Shown piece by piece: positions 13,196 to 23,929 of a stretch of DNA of 64,000 nucleotides. Location: NCBI RefSeq assembly GCF_006345805.1, contig NC_043016.1, positions 25,172,001 to 25,236,000 of the forward strand, in the 5' to 3' direction. Within the stretch, counting starts at the first letter, position 1. Each line of letters starts with the position of its first letter. The position numbers and the translations under genes were made by a program. The DNA comes from Octopus sinensis (Eukaryota). The notes under the pieces were generated by a model, which was given only the letters and a program-made list of their open reading frames with translations, was not told the origin of the DNA and searched no databases.

Positions 13196-13531
13196 GGGTA
13201 AAGACCCCCTTCAGTCATGAATGACCATGGGATTACACATAGAAAATCCTACTCCAAGGAACAAGTCCGGGCAAAGTTGTTTATGGAAGACTTGCAGTTG
13301 CCCATGCATACCAGCCTCTCCTCTCCATGCCACCAGTGTTATTCAAGAGAAAGGCAAAGGCTGATATAACTTGACACCAGTGACACCACAACTCATTTCT
13401 ACAACTGAATGGGCTGGAGCAATCTGAGGTATAGTGTCTTGCTCAAGAATATAACACAGCCTGTTCTGGGAATTGAACTCACTACCTCATGTTTGTGAAC
13501 CCAATGTTCTAACCATTGAGCCATGCACCTT
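13196..13531 (-). mobile_element. tRNA-derived SINE family C (core tcttgagcaagacact...ttgctccag, Meta/V-domain-like)
   Basis: Minus strand: aaggtgcatggctcaatggttag (A box), gtgagttcaattccc (B box). Aligns end to end with 15726-16039; third copy at 40660-40925. Confidence 0.8.
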
Positions 13532-14420
13532 CACATCAGAGTACAAGAAGGTAACTATAAAAGAGAGTGTAGGGACAGAAGATAAGAAAGAGTAGGTGAG
13601 TTGATAAGCTCATGAGAGTGTGAATGGAGTGACAGATGGTTAAAGATGGGAGTAGAGGTGAATGCTGTGATGGGAAAATGGGTATAGGCATACATGGTCA
13701 ATGGTTAATATCAGTTAAAGTGGATATAGGAAATCACATTTTAACCCTTTACCATTGAGATTTCATCAAATGTAATGCTTATTTATTCACATTGATTTGC
13801 ATTAATCAAGCATTATAGTGTAGCTTTGAGATTTCAGTGATGTAACTATTTGCTTTGAATGACATTGTTAGGAAGGTGTGAGAGGCCAGATCTTGCCAGT
13901 TTGAACATAAAACAGGTAGAAAATGTTGGACTAGATGTGGCCAGTTTAAATAATTACTTATGAGACAACTATATTTGTAAGGACATGTGAAGCTAATGGA
14001 TGAAAAAGTTCTGTGCTGGCTCTGTGGGAATATTCACATGGGGAAAAGGTGCAAAGTTAAATCTTTGAATGTCAAGTCTCTATTTCAAGATAGACCAATC
14101 CAGTGCCATAACATTCAGGGAGCTGGGACAGCTAGTAAAATGATATTACAGTATTTTCCAGCTTGTGAAGATATTTAAAGAAGTTTGTGTAGATATTTTA
14201 ATAAATGTGTGTTTTAGACACAAGATTTATATTGATACTGCTTTTAAATATATTCATAAATTTCATCAGATTTATCAAAGTTAATGGTACAAACATTTCT
14301 TAAAAGCTTTTATTTTCTCTACAGATAACATTCTTGTACTATTTGAGTGGTTGTGCATATATATATATATATATTCACTGCATGTTGTTCAATCAATACC
14401 AACGTTCTATTATTTAGATT

Positions 14421-14649
14421 TTAACCTTTCAGCATTCAGATTATTCTGTCAAATATAAATGCTTATTTATTCATATTGTTTTGAACAAAGGATGCATTAT
14501 CTGATAGGTTTGAGATTTTAATGATGTAGTTCTTTATTTTTAGAATGACATTATATGATAGATGGGAGAAGCCAGATCTGGCCAGTTTGAACATAAATCA
14601 AGTAGAATATTTTGGCCGGATATGACTGATTTGAATGTTAAAGTGTTAA
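14421..14649 (+). mobile_element. piggyBac-type MITE family A
   Basis: TTAA CCTTTCAGCATTCA ... TGAATGTTAAAGTG TTAA. Other copies: 13741-13950, 16762-16982, 40381-40525 (partial), 55503-55729. Confidence 0.75.
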
Positions 14650-14831
14650 ATTCACTGAAGAAAGCTGGAAAGCAACAACTGTTCAATATTTCAGTAGTTC
14701 CCAATGTCATAAATGCTTGGATTTTACAGATTCATCTTCACCATTCCAAAATAGAAATTAATAAATTTGTTATAAGAATTTGCTTAGTGGGTTTTTTTTT
14801 ATTTAATATTTTCATATTTTCTTTCTTTCAG

Positions 14832-15053
14832 GTTGAACCAGCAAATCAAAATGTTGAGCAAACAGAAGAGCAGCAGCAGCCTCAGCAGCAGAGGAACAGA
14901 TTTAATATGTGGGGTATTGCAAAGACATTTTTCATTAGAATGATTTTCATTTATTTAGTTAGCAGCTACTTCCGACGTTCACCAACTCCTGCTACTGACA
15001 GTCGGACGGTCCAAGAACCGTCTTCAAATGTTTTTCCAAAAGGTTTTCTTATG
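14832..15053 (+). CDS. CLPTM1: CLPTM1 exon 2 (VEPANQ...MWGIAKTFFIRMIFIYLVSSYFRR...NVFPKGFLM)
   Basis: tttctttcag acceptor, GTTAGT donor, 222 nt; first TM segment homologous to human (FRIFIIWAISSWFRR...NLFPKDTLM). Confidence 0.95.
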
Positions 15054-15725
15054 GTTAGTATTAATTTTCATTATTTAGAAACTGTAAGGGGACAAATACA
15101 TAGAATTGCTAGTGTTAAAAAAACACTTTGCAGTATTTCTTCTGATTCTCTTGATTCTGAGTTCAAAGCCTGTCGTAATCAACTTTACCTTCCATCCTTT
15201 TTGGGATTGATAAAATAAAGTATTGGTTAGATACTAGGATCAATGGCATCAGCTAACCCCCTCCTGAAAATCACTGGCTTTGTGCCTAAATTAAAAACCA
15301 TTATTTTTTGAAACTTACAATTTCAGAAGTTCAAGCTGAAAGTCTTAATTTATCAGTGTAAAAAAAACACACACTACATTTCTCCTTTAATGAGCTTATG
15401 TTAAGATGAGCATCAATAATGTTACTATTTCTTGTATATTTATTGCAAACTTGCTGTTGGTAATAAATATTTTTTACATCTTAGTGTGTGTTAGTTGATA
15501 GCTATATGCCAAATTGCCTTTTGAGTAGATAGAAGTTAACTGATATTTCATAGATGATATTTTAAAATTTGACAATATATTTGCCCGGTACAGTTGATAA
15601 TAATTATTGTTAATTAGATATGTCAATTAAAAATGAATAATAATGATTTTATTAATGACACATATAGAATAAAATATATAACTTTATCCAAACTATTATT
15701 TATAATGGTATATCAGCTAAGCATG

Positions 15726-16039
15726 AAGGCACATGGCTCAGAGATTAGAATGTTGAGGTGGTGAATTTGATTCCCAGACTGGGCTGCGTATTGTAATCTT
15801 GAGCAAGACACTTCACATTGCTCCAATTTACTCAACTGTAGAAATGAGTTGTGACATCACTGGTGCCAAGCTATATCAGCCTTTGCTTTTTGCTTGGATA
15901 ACATCAGTGGCATAAAGAGGGGAGGCTGGTATGCATGGACGACTGTTGATCTTCCATAAACAACTTTGCTCAGACTTGTGCCTCAGAGGGTAACTTTCTA
16001 AGTGCAATCCCATGGTCATTCATGACTCAAGGTCTTTAC
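15726..16039 (+). mobile_element. tRNA-derived SINE family C
   Basis: aaggcacatggctcagagattag...tcttgagcaagacact...ccatggtcattcatgact; reverse-complement homolog of 13196-13531. Confidence 0.8.
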
Positions 16040-17327
16040 TCTTTATACAGATTTTTAGAAGGAAACTGGTACTTGCCCATGTATGCAAATCTCCCCTCCC
16101 TGAACCGACTGTATCATCCAAGGCAAATGTCAACAACTTGGGATGATCCAGCTTGGTACCAGTATCATTGCAAACATTGCTTCCAGAGGGTAGAGACACA
16201 GAACTACAAAGCATCTTTCCCACCCCTCTAACCGTTCCACCTATCTAAAATCCCGGATTGGTGCTTTTTTATATTTACCCTGAAAAGATCAGAGGCAAAG
16301 CTGACCTCAGTGCAATTTGAACTCAGAATGCTGAGTGTTGGAACAAATATTGCAAGGTGTTCTGACATTTTGATAACCTTCCAGTTTGCCACCTTATCAA
16401 CTAAGTTAAATCTGAAATACATATTGGAAATATGCAGTAGGATCATGTAAATTTTTAGAATAAACAGTTACAAGTTGTTAAATCATTAATCAATGAATAA
16501 CACCAGATAAAATTCCAACTATTAATTTTTTTTTTTTAGGACTGTTTGTTTGAGGTTATTCTTGATAAAATTTTTAGACTTTAGCACAGCATTGCAATTT
16601 ATCAAAATGATGATGATGTTGTGAAAAGTTTGTTTTATATATTTCATAACGTGATGTAGTTTGCTTGTTGCAGTCTAGAAACAGGTATGGTTTACCAGTA
16701 AACCATACCGTTATTTGGATATGCCTTTTTGTGGACTGATGATGTGGAATCATATTTATGATTAACTCTTTAGCATTCAGGTTACTTTATTGAATGTGAT
16801 GCTTTGTTTAATCAGATTGTTTTGAATAATCACGCATTATCTTGTAGCTTTGAGATTTTGATGATGTGATTGTTTATTTTTGCAATAACATTGTAAGGTA
16901 GGTGTGAGAGGCCTGATCTGGTCAATTTGAAGATAAAACAATATTTGGATCAGACATGGCTAGTTTAGGGTTAAAGGATTAAAGTATGTTAAGTTGTTGG
17001 TTATACAGCTTTTAATTTTGGTAAACAGCAAAATTTCTTTGAGTAATCAGTATTTTAGGTATACATAATTGTTTAAATATTTGAGCTCTTTTTCTCTTTT
17101 TTTTCCCCCATTGAGACAATTGCCATTTCCAGAATTCTTACAGTCCTACAGCTTCCATTCTGTTTGCTTATTATTTTTCTGTTTTTTCTTTTTCAATTTA
17201 TAATAGTTGAATTACTATTATTTTTATTAACTGTTTCTCTTCTCTCCTCACCTGCTCTTTTCTCTTTTACTTTTTTCATGTTACTGTCTAAAATGACTAC
17301 AATGCTATTTTAAAAAAATTTTTGCAG

Positions 17328-17486
17328 GATATGTACGTGTATGTATCAGAACAAGAAGTATTTACTGATTTTGACAATCCCGAATCAGAATTTTGGGTCC
17401 AAAAGGGTCTGGTTTATGGAGATTGGGCATCTGGCATATATAAGGATGGTTCTTACGACAACGGAAAGCAACTCACTTTGTCAGAT
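17328..17486 (+). CDS. CLPTM1: CLPTM1 exon 3 (DMYVYVSEQEVFTDF...LVYGDW...LTLSD)
   Basis: tttgcag acceptor, GTTAGT donor, 159 nt, conserved FTDF and LVYGDW. Confidence 0.95.
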
Positions 17487-17577
17487 GTTAGTAGATGGTT
17501 TTCTTTTTCTTTCTTTTACTTTATTAATGATATTTGTTTTATCCTTTACATGCATTTTTTTCCCTCTGTTCTACATG

Positions 17578-17802
17578 TTAACCCTTTCGTTACTGTATTT
17601 ATTTTGAGATGCTCTGTGTTTCTTTCAATTATGTTCTATATAACAAAGAATTTTGTAAAATAACTTACTTATCATTCAGCTAGTGTTAGGAACATAAATT
17701 GTGACTAAGATTTGGTGGAAGATTTTAATTCAAAACTTATAATAAGACATTTGTACTCAGAGCCAGAACCAGTTTCTGCCGGGTTCGTAACAAAAGGGTT
17801 AA
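17578..17802 (+). mobile_element. piggyBac-type MITE family B, best copy
   Basis: TTAA CCCTTTCGTTAC ... GTAACAAAAGGG TTAA (11/12 TIR match, TTAA at both ends). Further copies at 25904-26088, 31616-31807, about 52319-52500, and a minus-strand fragment at about 5985-6078. Confidence 0.85.
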
Positions 17803-18898
17803 ATTATTCATTAAAATATACTTTCTGTAGCCATATATTTAAGTGTCTCTCTAGTATTCTAATTCATTTATCATTTAAATGCTCAAAGGTCTTCTGAATC
17901 TTCTTGCATATGTCATTCTATCATTTAACATTGTTAACACTAATAATCCCATTCCATATCTATCATGACATAACTCATCCCAAGCCACAGTTGTGACACC
18001 ACTAGTGATAAATGTTCTAATTTATGTAATCAATCCAAAATATTTCCTGTTTGCATCTATATTTCTCACAAATACACATTCTATGGTTTTCATTTAGTTT
18101 TGAAAATAATTTTTGTGAAATATCAAAAATACGGTGGGATTTAGTAAAATAACTGTCATTGTTAAATTTATGTTAACACTATGATTTAACGTATTATATT
18201 GGAATATTTAAATTCAAACGTGAACACTTTAAAAATAAGGGAGCTTTCTGATACAGAAAATGTTTTACAATTGACCACTCAACCGTGAAGTAGGTAGTAG
18301 AATCTGTTGTTTGGCCAGCCAGATTGGAGTAAGAACAGTACTGTAGGATAGAATGTAGTGGCAGCAGCAGTAGTAGTAGTGTAGTCTGTACTGATGAATA
18401 CGTGTTCAGTAGTTTACTATATAGCCAAATGATTAAAAAAAATTTGCTTTGCAACTACCTGGCATCTTGAGCAAATGTCATTTTCTATAGCTTCAGGTTG
18501 AGTGAGTGAGACTGGGTAAAATGGAAACTGTGTAGAAGCCCATTAGGTTGATTGAACACATATTTCAAAGGTACAGCCTTGTCTCACACACACACTTTGC
18601 CATGCTGATTCTGCCTGGTAAACATGTTAAGAGTTCATGTATCTGAAATACTCAGTAACATACACATTAATCAGGAGCAAGTAATTCAGTTGGTGGAATG
18701 ATTGAATTCTCATTAGTGCATGATAGACCACCATACAGTCTTTGTCTTATAACCTCATTTGTACTGTATGTAATTGTCAATATCAATTGCACTTTAAACA
18801 AACAGATTTTGTGAAATAGCCATGGGCTGACTCCATGAATTGGGAGTGGAATTTGATGGAGAAGAAACAAAGTAGGAGCCAATCATATATATTAATGA

Positions 18899-19548
18899 GT
18901 GTGTGTATGTATATATATATATATATATGTGTGTGTGTATGTATATATATATATGTGTGTGTGTATGTATATATATATATATATATGTGTGTGTATGTAT
19001 ATATATATATATGTGTGTGTATGTATATATATATATATATATGTGTGTGTATGTATATATATATATATATGTGTGTGTATGTATATATATATATATATAT
19101 GTGTGTGTATGTATATATTATATATATGTGTGTGTATGTATATATATATATATGTGTGTGTATGTATATATATATATATGTGTGTGTATGTATATATATA
19201 TATATATGTGTGTGTATGTATATATATATATATATATGTGTGTGTATGTATATATGTGTGTGTATGTATATATATATATATATATGTGTGTGTATGTATA
19301 TATATATATATATATGTGTGTGTATGTATATATATATGTGTGTGTATGTATATATATATGTGTGTGTATGTATATATATATGTGTGTGTATGTATATATA
19401 TGTGTGTGTATGTATATATATGTGTGTGTATGTATATATATATGTGTGTGTGTATGTATATATATATGTGTGTGTGTATGTATATATATATGTGTGTGTG
19501 TATGTATATATATATGTGTGTGTGTATGTACATATATATGTGTGTGTG
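18899..19548. repeat. Compound microsatellite array, unit (TG)n-TATG-(TA)n
   Basis: Directly visible; source of the five spurious YTHI/CVYI ORFs in the track. Confidence 0.98.
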
Positions 19549-19978
19549 GCTAACTGACTTCCGTGCCAGTGGCATTTAAAGGGTACCATTCGAGCATGAT
19601 CGTTACCAGCGTCACCTTACTGGCACTTGTGCCCGTGCTAGTAGGGTGCCAAGAGTACCATCCTAGTGTGATCGTTGCCAGAGCAGCCAACTGGCTTCTG
19701 TGCCAGTGGCACGTAAAAGGGCATTATTCGAGCATGATCGTTACCAAAGTCGCCTTACTGGCACCTGTGCTGGTGGCATATGTAAAAGGATTTGAGCAAG
19801 GTCGTGGCACGTAAAAAGCACCCACTACACTCTCGTTAGGAATGGCATCCAGCTGTAGAAACTCTGCCAAATCAAGATTGGAGACTGGTGCAACAATCTG
19901 GTTCGCCAGCCCTCAGTCAAAATCGTCCAACCCATGTAGCATGGAAAGCGGACGTTAAACGATGATGATGATGATGAT
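19549..19978 (+). mobile_element. RTE-type LINE 3' UTR fragment with (GAT)n tail
   Basis: ggcacgtaaaaagcacccactacactc...ggcatccagctgtagaaactctgcc...ggaaagcggacgttaaacgatgatgatgatg; CpGs largely intact. Confidence 0.85.
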
Positions 19979-20135
19979 ATATGTGCGTGTGGGGGGGTAT
20001 ATATATATGTACATATGTGTATGTGTGTGTGTGTATATATGTACATATCTGTGTGTGTGTGTGTGTGTGTATATGTACATATATATATGTATGTGTGTGT
20101 ATATATGTGTACATATATATGTATGTAAGTATATG
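19979..20135. repeat. TG/TA microsatellite
   Basis: Directly visible. Confidence 0.9.
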
Positions 20136-20380
20136 TATCTATTGTTCAGTTATGTATATCAGTAATTGATAAATACTAGTGAGAAAACCTACTGACCATA
20201 CCTTTTAATGAAAATCCTACTGACATTTATACCACTCAGGTTGTACAGACAATCCTTTGTCACTCTTACTTTTGTAAATTAACTAATGGTTGGTCCATAA
20301 GAGACATGTAATTAATGATGCAAAATCTAATATAAATATAAAGTTATCAATAAAAGGTACTAGTTCTTTTAATTCCTTCC

Positions 20381-22185
20381 CATCATTCATCATCATTTAA
20401 CATCCGTTGTACAAGCTTGCATGGGTTGGACACTTTGACTGTAGCTGGTAAGCGGAGGAGCTGCACCAGACTCCAATCGGATTTGGTATGGTTTCTACAG
20501 CTGCATGGCTTTCCTAATACCAACCACTCCAAGAGAGTCATGGGTGCTTTTACATACCACCAGCATGGGTATCATTTGTGTAATACAAGTATCTGCCACA
20601 ACCACAATTTCACTTTGCTTGTTGGGTCTTCTACTTAAGTACGGCATATTGCCAAAGGTCTTGGTCATTTGTCATTGCCTCCATGAGGCCCAACACTCAA
20701 AAGGCGCTGTTCATGTGTCACTGACATGAGTGCTAGTTACGCAACATTGGCGTCAGCCACATTGCCTCTATGAGGCCCAATGCTCAAAAGGTACTTTTCA
20801 CGTGCTTCTGGCACTGGTACACATTACATGACACCAGCATTGGTCACAATTACAATTTCACTTGGCTTGATGGGTCTTCTCAAGCACAGCATATTGCCAA
20901 AGGTCTGTCACTGGTCATTGCCTTGATGAGACTCAACGTTCAAAGATCATGCTTCACCACCTCGTCCCATGTCTTCCTGGATCTACCTCTTCCACAGGTT
21001 CCCTCCACAATTAGAGATTGGCACTTCTTTACATAGTTGTCCTCGTTCATATACATCACATGACCATACTAGTGCAGTCGTCTTTCTTGTACACCACATC
21101 TGGCGCCTTTTATGCCCAACTTTTCTCTCACTACTTACACTATGTTGTACATGCACACTGACATTGCACATCCAGCAAAGCATGCTAGCTTCATTTCTTT
21201 CAAGCTTACGCATGTCCTTGGCAGTCACAGCCCATGTTTCACTGCCATATAGCATAACAGTTCGCACACAGGCATCATACAGTCTGCCTTTCACTCTGAA
21301 GGATAAGCCCTTTGTTTCCAACAGAGGTAGCAGCTCTGAGAACTTTGCCCAGCCTATTCTTATTCTTGCAGCTACACTCTCGGAGCATCCACCTCCACTG
21401 CTAACTTGGTCACCTAGATAATGGATACTATCAACTACTTATAGGAATACCACCTGGCATTTGAAGAAGTCTATTTTCTGTACATTTTTAGTGTTTCTTG
21501 TACCTGTGCACCTTCCACACACACAAACTATTTTACCAGTTAACCTTCCTCTGATATTGCTGCACCTTTTATGTGTCCATAGCTTGCACCAGTACATCTT
21601 ATGGAACTTCTACCTGCACATTTCCTACAGATCAAGCAAGGCCATCTACCTGAAGAAATTTGTAATTTGTCCGTGTTCCTACTTTCAAAGACTTTAGTTT
21701 TTCCTAGGTTAACTCAGTTCAATTCTAGACCTTGCTTCCACACATGAAATTTTTTCTCTAGTTCTGGTAATGATTCAGCTATAAGAACAAGGTCATCAGC
21801 ATGGAGAGGCTCCCAGCAGCAGCCCATATTAAATTCCTTTGTTATTGCCTGGAGGACTATGATGAACAAGAGGGGCTGAGGACCGATCCTTGGTGAACCT
21901 CTACTTGTACCCTGAATTCATCACTATATTCATTGCCAACACTCACCTTACTGACAACATCCCTATGCTTGGTTTCTACAGCTCTCACAAACCACTTGTT
22001 TATCCCCAATTTCCACATTGACCACCAGATAAGGGATCAGGGAACTCTGTCAAAGGCTTTCTCCATGTCAACAAAAGCCAAATACGGAGGTTTATCTTTG
22101 GCTAGGTACTTCTCCTGCAGCTGCCTTACCAGAAATATAGCATCAGTTGTGCTTCTCCCTGGCACAAAACCAAACCAAGGGTGTA
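20381..22185 (-). mobile_element. 5'-truncated RTE-type LINE (RT domain to 3' tail), decayed
   Basis: Minus frames: FGFVPGRSTTDAIFLVRQLQEKYLA, YLAFVDMEKAFDRVP, EVHQGSVLSP.LFIIVLQAITKEF, WEPLHADDLVLIAES, KGRLYDACVRTVMLYGSETWAV; ends in gttaaatgatgatg tail. Confidence 0.92.
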
Positions 22186-23929
22186 TACCATGCTAGTATT
22201 CAATTCTTATTGCAGTCTTTGTATTTTCTTTCTTTCCCTGTATATTTATTTTCCAAAGGAGATAGGGAAAATATTCACAATTTATCAGGCTAAATCATGT
22301 TTTCTGAATATAAAGTTAAGAGACATATTTTCTAATGCATCTCTTGATTACTTTTCATGTGAAATATTGCATGTATATTGATAAATTCTGAATACAGAAA
22401 CATGTTAATAATATTTGTTTTGATTCCATACTGTTCTTCAAATTTCTTTGCATTTCTCCCCATTTACACATTAGGAACAATACATGGGATTCTTTAGAAA
22501 ACCATGTTCTTATCTAATATGTCTTTATTTTGTCTATTTCAAAAGAAAGAAAAAATATTCACATTCCTTGTTGCTCTAATTCAGAACCCCGTATGTATTT
22601 TAGCTTAAAATACATATTTGCTGTGCTTTAAGAAGACATGTTAAGCAACGTGAAATTGTTGTTGTGGCCAGTGCCTGTGACACGTGAAAGGCACCCGTGC
22701 CGGTGACACATAAAAGGCATCCAGTGCACTTTGCAAGATGGTTGACATTTGGAAAGGTATCAAGCTGTAGAAACCAAACCAAAACAGACTACTGGAGCAT
22801 GGTGCAACTCTCCAGCTTACCAGCTCCTGTCAAACCATCTAACCCATGCTGGCATGGAAACAGACTTTAAATGAAGATGATTACTTAATAGCATGTATTC
22901 AATATATCAAATACACCTCTCATCACTCTAGTCTCACTAGATCTTCGACAACATTCATTCAATAGTTACATCTCACAACTATAAAACATCATATTTCAAT
23001 TATTGTGGAAACTAACACACTTCTTAATAATATTTTGTGTTTTCATAAAGCAGGATAATCCGATCAAAGGGTTCCTAGCTGAAATTTCAAGCAATATGAT
23101 CCAATAATAATAACTGTGGGAAATGTAGTGTTATAGATTCATACAACCAACACTAGGATTGTGAAGTAGATGACATGATCAGAGGGAGCAGGAGGACATG
23201 AGCAAAACAAGTGCATAGTTGGGGATTTGTAAATGATGTGTAAATGGAGTATCTGTAGGCTAAAGAAATTGAGTTATTAATAAGATGTAGGTTCAGTTCA
23301 CATTAGATATTCCTATTGCTTTGTCATTCACACTACATATACATGTTTGCTACACAAAGAACTTAAGGAAGTTAATATTGGATATGGATACAAATTTCTC
23401 TTTGTCATTTTAAGATCCCTTTCTCCAGGCTGACAAAAGTCCGAAATGTCTGCAGTCTAACATTTGCCACTTGTGTCTTGTGAAAGACTGAACATCTTTC
23501 CCTCTTGCTGCCTTTACTGCTTGTACGTTCCAATGTCAGCACAACATTTCTTCACCCTGCACTCATCTATTCACATCCTGTCTATATCTATACTTAGTGT
23601 GCTTATTTCTCTTATCTACATCAGCTGATATACTTAATATTTCACTACTCTTTTAACTTACTTATTCTCCACCTTACATCTAACTTAATAGTGTATGTGT
23701 GTGTGTGTGTGTGTGTGCGTACTGGCATGGTTAAGAATCTTGCTTCTCAATCACTTGGTTCCAAGTTCAGTCCCACTGAAAGAAGCCCATTGTATGTATA
23801 GATGTGTATGTGTGTGTCTGAGTTGATCTCTCCTTGTCTTGATATCATGTGATAGTTGTCTTGATATCTTGTGATTCTACTACACCGCTTGTGTGTCCAT
23901 ATTTTGCACAGGGTATACCTTATGGAATT

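Noticed and set aside
14562-15218. 218-aa ORF as a stand-alone gene
   Set aside because: Only 14832-15053 is exonic; the rest is MITE and intron read-through. The same applies to ORFs 17322-17663, 27871-28131, 48829-49212 and 52663-52929.
18783-19589. Five overlapping 216-268 aa ORFs (YTHI / CVYI repeats)
   Set aside because: They are translations of the TG/TA microsatellite, which lacks stops in most frames; no coding signal.
19825-20169. Short His/Tyr/Cys-rich ORFs, and likewise 63029-63331
   Set aside because: Microsatellite artefacts.
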